DNA of 64,000 bases from positions 8,656 through 72,655 of the forward strand of contig QCQK01000003.1 in assembly GCA_003209565.1 (NCBI GenBank), in the 5' to 3' direction. Under the pieces are notes generated by a model that saw nothing but the letters and a program-made list of their open reading frames with translations, was not told the origin of the DNA and searched no databases. Below are positions 57,830 through 64,000 of this stretch, piece after piece (positions within the stretch are counted from its first letter, which is position 1; every line of letters begins with the position of its first letter). Position numbers and translations under genes: made by a program. This DNA is from Prochlorococcus sp. AG-449-J16 (GTDB taxonomy: Bacteria; Cyanobacteriota; Cyanobacteriia; PCC-6307; Cyanobiaceae).

Positions 57830-58687
57830 TTATTTGATTTCAAGAGGTTTAATTTCCCAGGATAAAGTATTTTCTAAATTATTTTTTCCTATAAAGTTCC
57901 CAGTAATTACAGAGGTTAAATTAGATTTGGAAGATGATACCAATGTTAAATATCTTTCGTCTATTAATCCTTTTCCGCTTGGATCAAAACCTCTCCAACC
58001 AGCACCTGGAATATATAATTCAGCCCAAGCATGTAAATCTAACTCAGAGGGTAACGGATCTTCAAAATGATAACCACTTACAAACCTACTTGGGATACCA
58101 ATAGACCTACAAGCCTCAACCATCAGCATTGCTAAATCTCTGCATGAACCTATACGTTCTCTAAGTGTCCTGCTAGCCGGCCATGCTGGGCCTATATGCC
58201 TTTTGGTATATTTAACCCGATCTTGAATAATCTCAATTAATTGGTAGGTAAATGATAATGCGTTATTAATGCTTCCTGCTAAAGCTTCTTGGGCGAGTTC
58301 TACGGCAGAGGGATCGTGTTGTCCATTTGGCATCCATCCCTCCAATGCTCCCTGTAAATCTCTATTTATAATGCTTCTACAAAAAGGTAATGTTAAATCT
58401 CTATTTTTAACTACATCAATAATGTTTGGATGTTTTGTAGTTTCAACTTCGCTGATTGATTCAATAATTAAATTATCTGTTAATCCATTGAATCTGATTC
58501 TGTTAATCTCTTCTCCGCTGGCAGCAAGTAATGGATAAAGAATTTCTGGTTCTGGGCTTATTTTTAATTCAAAATTCTTGAGTTTTTGGAAGCCATTTGA
58601 CCTTGGCTTTATACATAATCTATGCTCGCCTAATTGGACAGGCTCTTCGTATTTATATTCAAGTTTGTGAATGTATTTAATTCTCAT
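57830..58687 (-). CDS. Transglutaminase-like protein with N-terminal beta-sandwich
   Basis: H...Y.Y..PV N-terminal domain; Cys-His-Asp triad GSCRD / LHAWAE / GFDPS; SRFVSGY. Confidence 0.92.
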   Translation of the reverse strand: MRIKYIHKLEYKYEEPVQLGEHRLCIKPRSNGFQKLKNFELKISPEPEILYPLLAASGEEINRIRFNGLTDNLIIESISEVETTKHPNIIDVVKNRDLTLPFCRSIINRDLQGALEGWMPNGQHDPSAVELAQEALAGSINNALSFTYQLIEIIQDRVKYTKRHIGPAWPASRTLRERIGSCRDLAMLMVEACRSIGIPSRFVSGYHFEDPLPSELDLHAWAELYIPGAGWRGFDPSGKGLIDERYLTLVSSSKSNLTSVITGNFIGKNNLENTLSWEIKPLEIK

Positions 58688-58698
58688 TAATAAGCTTA

Positions 58699-59640
58699 TT
58701 AATTAATAAAATATTTTTCTTGAATGAGATCATTTAATTTATTTAAATCCATTTGCAATGAATCTATAGCCTCATGTAAACCATCATTAATTATATCTTC
58801 AATTCTGATATAACTCCACTTTGCTTTAAGCAAACCTCGCATGCATTCTAATTCTGATGGATTTTCAATAGATGGAGAGGTATCTATCGCTTTAAGTGTA
58901 TTACTTATCCCATCAAGACAGTACCTTACTGATCTCGGAAAAATTGGATCAAGTAAAAGAAATCTCGCAACTGAATTAGGCTTTATAGAATTCTGCACTG
59001 CTTTCCTAAACATTTGATAAGCTCCAGCTGAACGTAAAAGTGCAATCCATTGCAGCTCATCAAGAACCCCTCCAAGTTCATCTAAGCTAGGTAAAAGTAA
59101 ATAATATTTAACATCTAAAATTCTGGATGTTTTGTCAGCTCTCTCGATTAATCTTCCAAGAATGCTAAATCTCCAAGCAAGATCTTTGCTTAGAGTTGCA
59201 TCTGTAATTCCATAAAAAAGCTGACATTCCCTCCTTATTTCACTTAGTTGTTCTTGCCTTGGTTTATTCCATATTGACTCTCCTTCTTGCATATTCCAAT
59301 ATAAAACATTAATTTGTTCCCACATTTCTGTGGTCATAACATCTCTGATTTGTCGTGCATTTTCTCTTGCCATTTGAATGCAAGAAATTATGCTGTTTGG
59401 GTTTAAACGATCTCTTATTAAAAAATTAATAACATCATCAGGTTTTTTCTCTGGAAATCTTTTATCAAATGATTCTCTGTCACTTGAAGCATCAATTAAC
59501 GGAAGCCAAGGTTCTGCGCTTCCTGGCGGACAATCTAATGACATTGCTTCACTTACTTCCACGAAGCGAGATATGTTTTCTGCACGTTCTAAATAACGAT
59601 TTATCCAATAAAGAGATTCTGCTACACGACTTAAAAGCAT
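58699..59640 (-). CDS. Alpha-E domain protein (DUF403)
   Basis: MLLSRVAESLYWINRYLERAEN start at 59640, ARENAR, GRLIERAD, FPRS. Confidence 0.92.
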   Translation of the reverse strand: MLLSRVAESLYWINRYLERAENISRFVEVSEAMSLDCPPGSAEPWLPLIDASSDRESFDKRFPEKKPDDVINFLIRDRLNPNSIISCIQMARENARQIRDVMTTEMWEQINVLYWNMQEGESIWNKPRQEQLSEIRRECQLFYGITDATLSKDLAWRFSILGRLIERADKTSRILDVKYYLLLPSLDELGGVLDELQWIALLRSAGAYQMFRKAVQNSIKPNSVARFLLLDPIFPRSVRYCLDGISNTLKAIDTSPSIENPSELECMRGLLKAKWSYIRIEDIINDGLHEAIDSLQMDLNKLNDLIQEKYFIN

Positions 59641-59641
59641 A

Positions 59642-61084
59642 TTATTTACCAACAACCCATGTATCTTTGCATCCTCCACCTTGAGAAGAATTGACGACTA
59701 ATGATCCTTTTTTTAATGCTACCCTCGTAAGCCCACCAGGGCTTACCCATGAATCTTTCCCTCTCAAGATATATGGTCTTAAATCAACATGACAAGGAAA
59801 AAGTTCTCCATCACATAACGATGGCACAGTAGATAATTCTAAAGTTGGTTGTGCTATGAAATTTCTAGGATTTTTTTTAATTTTATTAGCGAATTCTTCT
59901 ATCTCACTTGTTGTTGAGTGAGGTCCAATTAACATTCCATAACCCCCAGCTTCTGCTACAGACTTAACGACAAGTTTGGGTAAATTTTCTAAGACATAAT
60001 CTCGATCCTTTTGATAATGACAAATATAAGTTTCTACATTATTAATAATAATTTCTTCATCAAGATAATACTTAATCATTTTTGGAACAAATGAATAAAT
60101 CATTTTGTCATCTGCTATTCCAGTCCCAGGTGCATTTGCTAAAGCAACATGACCTGCCTTGAAAACATCTAATAATCCGCTAACACCAAGGCAGGAATCT
60201 TTTCTGAAATTAAGAGGATCCAAGAAATCATCATCAATTCGTCTGTAAATTACATCTACTCTTTTTAATCCAGAGGTAGTTTTTAAATATACATAATCGT
60301 CATTACAAACTAAGTCATGACCCTGAACTAGTTGGATGCCCATTTCTTGAGCTAAATAACTATGTTCAAAATAAGCACTATTAAAAATTCCTGGAGTTAG
60401 TAGAACTATCTTGGGAGTGTCTGTCCAAACAGCAAGTTCTTGAAGTGTTTTTAAAAGATATGATGGATACTCATCAATTGGTTTTACTATTCTTCCAGAG
60501 AAAAGATTAGGGAAAATATTTTTCATAACTAATCTATTTTCTAAAAAGTAAGCAACCCCAGAAGGGCACCTTAAATTATCTTCTAAAACATGCCAATCTC
60601 CATTTCTGTCTCTTATTAAATCAAGTCCTGAAATTTGACACCATTTATTTAGAGGAGGTTTAAAACCTATCATCTGAGGTCTCCAACCTTCTGAACTCTC
60701 TATTAATTCTCTTGGAATTATTCCATCATTAATTATTTTTTGAGAATTATAAATATCATCTAGGAATAAATCAATTGCCTCAAGCCTTTGTTTTAGACCT
60801 TTTTCTAAGGTTACCCAATCATCTTTACTAATTATTCTAGGAAGTGGATCAAAAGGTAATATTCTTTCAGTACCTTTTAAACCAGTATCGTTTAATCTAA
60901 AAGTTGCACCATGTCTTAATAATAATTTTTTTGCGGCAGAGTGATTCCTGTTTAGTTCTTCAAGACCCATATTATCCAAAGAGGAAAGAAGTGGAATCAA
61001 TATTTCTCTAGCAGAATTAACATTATCCTTAAAGTATTCATCAAAACTATTTTTAGGCTGATAACTTGAAAACATATATTTCAT
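59642..61084 (-). CDS. Circularly permuted type 2 ATP-grasp ligase
   Basis: PFDPLPR, GLDLIRD, VLEDNLRCPSGV, YFEH, VIYRRIDD, G.ADDK, GGYGML, VDLRP, VVNSSQGGG.KDTWV. Confidence 0.93.
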   Translation of the reverse strand: MKYMFSSYQPKNSFDEYFKDNVNSAREILIPLLSSLDNMGLEELNRNHSAAKKLLLRHGATFRLNDTGLKGTERILPFDPLPRIISKDDWVTLEKGLKQRLEAIDLFLDDIYNSQKIINDGIIPRELIESSEGWRPQMIGFKPPLNKWCQISGLDLIRDRNGDWHVLEDNLRCPSGVAYFLENRLVMKNIFPNLFSGRIVKPIDEYPSYLLKTLQELAVWTDTPKIVLLTPGIFNSAYFEHSYLAQEMGIQLVQGHDLVCNDDYVYLKTTSGLKRVDVIYRRIDDDFLDPLNFRKDSCLGVSGLLDVFKAGHVALANAPGTGIADDKMIYSFVPKMIKYYLDEEIIINNVETYICHYQKDRDYVLENLPKLVVKSVAEAGGYGMLIGPHSTTSEIEEFANKIKKNPRNFIAQPTLELSTVPSLCDGELFPCHVDLRPYILRGKDSWVSPGGLTRVALKKGSLVVNSSQGGGCKDTWVVGK

Positions 61085-61122
61085 AATTTAGTAATTTTTA
61101 CTTTAGCTTCAAATCTATATTC

Positions 61123-61136
61123 GTATTTATGGATAC
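61123..61136. promoter_or_regulatory. Putative NtcA binding site
   Basis: Exact GTA-N8-TAC (GTAtttatggaTAC) 38 nt upstream of the ATP-grasp start; on the minus strand TAAAAA(T) begins 22 nt downstream. Confidence 0.6.
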
Positions 61137-61213
61137 CAAAAATAATATCTCTTAACTCGATCTATTTAATTATTTGGATCATTGAAGTATATTTCTTAAA
61201 AATCTAAAAAAGT

Positions 61214-61450
61214 ATGAATTCTGGCAATTGGCAATTTGTGTTTTTTAGATATTTCGCAAGCTTTCTTTTTATACTGTCTCACAGTTTGCTGGTTCTTGAT
61301 CATCTACCAGTAGGGGCGGCACTTCACGGCCTTGGAGAAGTTTTTATTGCGCCTTGGGCTTTTAGAGAAAGAGCATGGGATCTTGTGGTTATTGCAGTTT
61401 TATTTTTCTTTTTCGATATCTGGGGACTTATAAACACTCCTTGGAATTAA
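61214..61450 (+). CDS. Small conserved hypothetical membrane protein
   Basis: 78 aa, 2-3 hydrophobic segments, Trp/His-containing (LHGLGE, APWA, AWDL). Confidence 0.7.
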   Translation: MNSGNWQFVFFRYFASFLFILSHSLLVLDHLPVGAALHGLGEVFIAPWAFRERAWDLVVIAVLFFFFDIWGLINTPWN

Positions 61451-61481
61451 CTGATATTATTTATTTACAGATTCTGGGAAA

Positions 61482-61715
61482 ATGATATTAAAAATTAAGT
61501 CTTATTTTTATCAAATTTATAAAATAATTTTACTTTTATTACTTACGAATATTTCCATTTTGTATGCACATAATTTATTTAATGGTGGTTGCAAAACACA
61601 TTGTGGGCAAAAATTTAAAGTAATAAGTAATAAAAACAAATTAAAAAATATTGATGATCAAATAAATATTGAGAGTAAGAATTCTTGTTTAAACAAATCA
61701 CTATGTAGAGGTTAA
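61482..61715 (+). CDS. Small exported Cys/His-rich hypothetical protein
   Basis: Signal-like N-terminus ending ILYA-H; CKTHC and CLNKSLC. Confidence 0.55.
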   Translation: MILKIKSYFYQIYKIILLLLLTNISILYAHNLFNGGCKTHCGQKFKVISNKNKLKNIDDQINIESKNSCLNKSLCRG

Positions 61716-61739
61716 TCTATCGAGATTTTTTAAATTATT

Positions 61740-62015
61740 TTATGAAAATCTTTCTTTGATAATTGTCATTAAAGTACTATTTGCTTGATAATTTTTATTA
61801 GGAGGATTTATTTGGTTTTTAATTTAAAAAATAAAAGTATAAATCAACGGTAGAAGTAGTGATGAAGCAGCAACTAAAGCGATTATCTGGTTTAACCTAA
61901 CATATGGTTTTTTTACTAGATCCTCTCCGCATAATCCACAAATCAAATTACCTTTTAAAGATTGTTTTTGAAATTGATATTTAGGATTGCAATATGGGCA
62001 ATAATATCGAACCAT
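61740..62015 (-). pseudogene. Zn-ribbon plus TM protein with an internal in-frame stop (or a truncated allele)
   Basis: CPYC...CGLC, then a TM helix; TAA at 61824-26 is followed by 27 further open codons in frame to TAA at 61740. Confidence 0.55.
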
Positions 62016-62072
62016 TTTTAAATTTTATTGTTTTAATCATTATCTATAAAACTTGAAGAAAGTCATCTTATT

Positions 62073-62105
62073 AAAAAAAAAGAGGGCTAATTTAAGCCCT
62101 CTTTT
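62073..62105. terminator. Intrinsic terminator hairpin, U9 tail on the minus strand
   Basis: A9-GAGGGCT-AATTTA-AGCCCTC-TTTT. Confidence 0.85.
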
Positions 62106-62200
62106 ATCTCTTACTTATATTTTTTACTGAAGTTATTAACGCACCTAAATCATGGATCCTTGTTAAAAACTTCTTTTAAGCTAATGCTCACCAAAATTAA

Positions 62201-62290
62201 CTAATTGTCTTTAACTGGGGCAAAAACTCTAGAATTAAGCTTGTTTCTTAAAGGGCACCTAAACGATGCAGAAGAAGGAAGCTTAGACAT
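62201..62290 (-). CDS. Putative 29-aa small ORF
   Basis: MSKLPSSASFRCPLRNKLNSRVFAPVKDN; lies between the SD-led micro-ORF and the terminator. Confidence 0.3.
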   Translation of the reverse strand: MSKLPSSASFRCPLRNKLNSRVFAPVKDN

Positions 62291-62331
62291 TAATAAAAAA
62301 TAATTGGAGCAGTTAATTAAATTAGTTCGGC

Positions 62332-62364
62332 TTATTCCGAAATTTCAGGCAGGCTATCGATCAT
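62332..62364 (-). CDS. Putative 10-aa micro-ORF / leader peptide
   Basis: AGGAGGT (62379-73), 8-nt spacer, ATG; MIDSLPEISE-stop; stop overlaps hairpin TTCGG-N6-CCGAA. Confidence 0.35.
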   Translation of the reverse strand: MIDSLPEISE

Positions 62365-62576
62365 TTTGAAAGACCTCCTAGAACTCAACAATATAAAATT
62401 AGGAAAATATTTCTCTAAAGACAATCCGTTTTTATACGCATTGCTTTTTAATTAAAAATGTCCGAGAGTAGTAATCAATCGTGCTAATTTTTTTAAGATA
62501 TTTTTAGTAAGTTTTGCTTATTTCTTTTGATATTTAATTCGTCTATCTTAATTTTAAATAATTGAGGAAATCTTTT

Positions 62577-62732
62577 ATGAATCATTCGAATGAAGTTAGT
62601 AAAACTGATAAATCAAACCCCATAGACGAATATTTTCAATGTCTCTCATATTGCGACATTCACCCAAAAGGTATAGATAATGACTGTGAGGTCATTTGTA
62701 TGGAAAGACATTTAAAAGCTAACTATTGGTAA
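62577..62732 (+). CDS. 51-aa Cys4 mini-protein (CxxxC...CxxxC)
   Basis: Not in ORF track. MNHSNEVSKTDKSNPIDEYFQCLSYCDIHPKGIDNDCEVICMERHLKANYW; GAGGA SD 8 nt upstream. Confidence 0.7.
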   Translation: MNHSNEVSKTDKSNPIDEYFQCLSYCDIHPKGIDNDCEVICMERHLKANYW

Positions 62733-62750
62733 TTAATAAATTTCTACTTT

Positions 62751-63824
62751 TTACTTAAATCCCTTTGAAAAAAGGTTAGTACGAACTTTAAATTTCCATA
62801 CATTTACAACACCTTTTGCATTGACTGCTGCAAGTGCACAATCATCAGGTCTCCATGATATTGCTCCTACTAAATCTCCTGCGAATGCAGCCCCAACGGG
62901 ATCTCCATTGCCATCATTTTTTAGGAAACTTGCGACAACAGAACCATCCCTAGATCCTGAGGCTACAAGCATACCTTTATTTGAAAAGGCTAAGCTCGAA
63001 ATAGGTTCTGTATGGTGACATAGCTCTCCTGGCATAGTGCCCTCCGGACCATTGCCTATAAAGCTCCATACTGTAATTCTTTCACTGCCGCTAGTTGCTA
63101 ATAATTTTCCGCTGTCATCAAAAGAAAGGTGACTTGGTTTTCCAGGGTATCCAGTCATTTCGGCATCCATTCCTGTTGATCTTCTCCAAAAATGAACTGA
63201 ATTGTCTTGACTCCCACAGGCGACTATATCTCCATCAGGGCTTAATTCCATAGAGACCAATGATCCTTGCCACTCCAGCTTTTGATTCGTTTTATTATTA
63301 ACAATGTCAAAGAATGTCACTCTGCCGTAGCATGCAGTTGCGAGCTCATTTTTATTTGACCATGTTATTGCACTTACTGTGCTTGGATGGTCTTCTGAGA
63401 TCCATTTCTCTTCTCCAATTTCATTAAAAACATATACTTTTTTTGAGGAAGCTATCGCTAGAAATAAACCGTCATTAGACCACTTGAGGTGTTCTACCCA
63501 ACCTTTGCCAAGATCAAGTGTTTTAATAACTTTACCTTCATGGCAATTACAAATTTGAACATTTCCATCTTGACCTGATGTTGCAAAAATTTCACCCTCT
63601 GGATGAATTGCCATTTCTAGTAGACCACCAGAGTGAGTATTTTCTTTTTTCCAAATAATTTTTCCAGTATCTCCTTCGAATGCAAAAATACCACCCGCAA
63701 CGTCGCCAACAATAAATTGTTTCCCTTTAAGAGCCCAGCCACATGCTATGGCATAATCGCTAACTTCAGCAGTCCATCCTTCATGGAACATGCCTCTTGG
63801 GCTAAATGGTTCTATATCAGGCAT
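62751..63824 (-). CDS. WD40 repeat protein
   Basis: Repeated ...S.DG...A.G..D..V..W blades (ATSGQDGNV, ACGSQDNSVHFW, ASGSRDGSV). Confidence 0.9.
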   Translation of the reverse strand: MPDIEPFSPRGMFHEGWTAEVSDYAIACGWALKGKQFIVGDVAGGIFAFEGDTGKIIWKKENTHSGGLLEMAIHPEGEIFATSGQDGNVQICNCHEGKVIKTLDLGKGWVEHLKWSNDGLFLAIASSKKVYVFNEIGEEKWISEDHPSTVSAITWSNKNELATACYGRVTFFDIVNNKTNQKLEWQGSLVSMELSPDGDIVACGSQDNSVHFWRRSTGMDAEMTGYPGKPSHLSFDDSGKLLATSGSERITVWSFIGNGPEGTMPGELCHHTEPISSLAFSNKGMLVASGSRDGSVVASFLKNDGNGDPVGAAFAGDLVGAISWRPDDCALAAVNAKGVVNVWKFKVRTNLFSKGFK

Positions 63825-64000
63825 TTATCAAAGCCTTCTTGCATCTCTTTCTCATTTAAATTTCTACCGATAAAAACAAGTTGATTTCTACGAGGTTCGT
63901 TACCCCATTCTTTATCAGGTTGTGCAGTAAATAACATGTGAACTCCCTGAAAAACTATTCTCCTTGGGTTGCCTGAGTAACTTATGAAACCTTTTGTTCT
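63812..64000 (-). CDS. CobW/COG0523 metallochaperone GTPase, C-terminal part (5' off window)
   Basis: Manual translation RTKGFISYSGNPRRIVFQGVHMLFTAQPDKEWGNEPRRNQLVFIGRNL...KCLI; R.KG, FQGV and LVFIG are CobW_C motifs; overlaps the WD40 start. Confidence 0.88.
   Translation of the reverse strand, partial: RTKGFISYSGNPRRIVFQGVHMLFTAQPDKEWGNEPRRNQLVFIGRNLNEKEMQEGFDKCLI

Noticed and set aside
59641-59679. N-terminal extension of the alpha-E ORF (MEDAKIHGLLVNN) in the track
   Set aside because: Overlaps the ATP-grasp C-terminus; the family-typical start MLLSRVA at 59640 follows the upstream stop directly
61590-61604. CKTHC as a heme c attachment motif
   Set aside because: Order is CxxHC, not CxxCH
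62471-62484. GTA-N8-TGC near-NtcA site
   Set aside because: One mismatch in the core and no supporting evidence; expected by chance

Overview
AT-rich (roughly 30% GC by eye), gene-dense chromosomal window of a marine picocyanobacterium, almost certainly a high-light Prochlorococcus. This rests on gene content and order: psbP, recR, lipA, bioB, clpC, sasA, tRNA-Glu, petH, zwf-opcA, crtE, crtL, gyrA, guaB-Yfr1-trxA, petG, cytM, chlI. About 1-55 kb is ordinary core genome, with no integrase, transposase, prophage or CRISPR signal. The ORF track misses psbP (partial), tRNA-Glu(UUC), the Yfr1 sRNA, petG, a 51-aa Cys4 mini-protein and the 3' end of a CobW/COG0523 GTPase. The most interesting part is 56.5-64 kb. 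(i) A minus-strand operon encodes a circularly permuted ATP-grasp ligase, an alpha-E protein and an intact transglutaminase-like enzyme, followed by a cupin. It has no Anbu peptidase, and a perfect NtcA-type GTA-N8-TAC box lies just upstream. It is a candidate nitrogen-regulated peptide-tagging or peptide-synthesis system of unknown product. (ii) Three unrelated Cys4 mini-proteins, one cut by an in-frame stop, sit next to a CobW-WD40 gene pair. (iii) An unannotated ~320-nt minus-strand unit has a perfect AGGAGGT Shine-Dalgarno before a 10-codon micro-ORF, then a 29-codon ORF and a strong terminator. All calls come from reading the sequence and recognising motifs; no searches were run.
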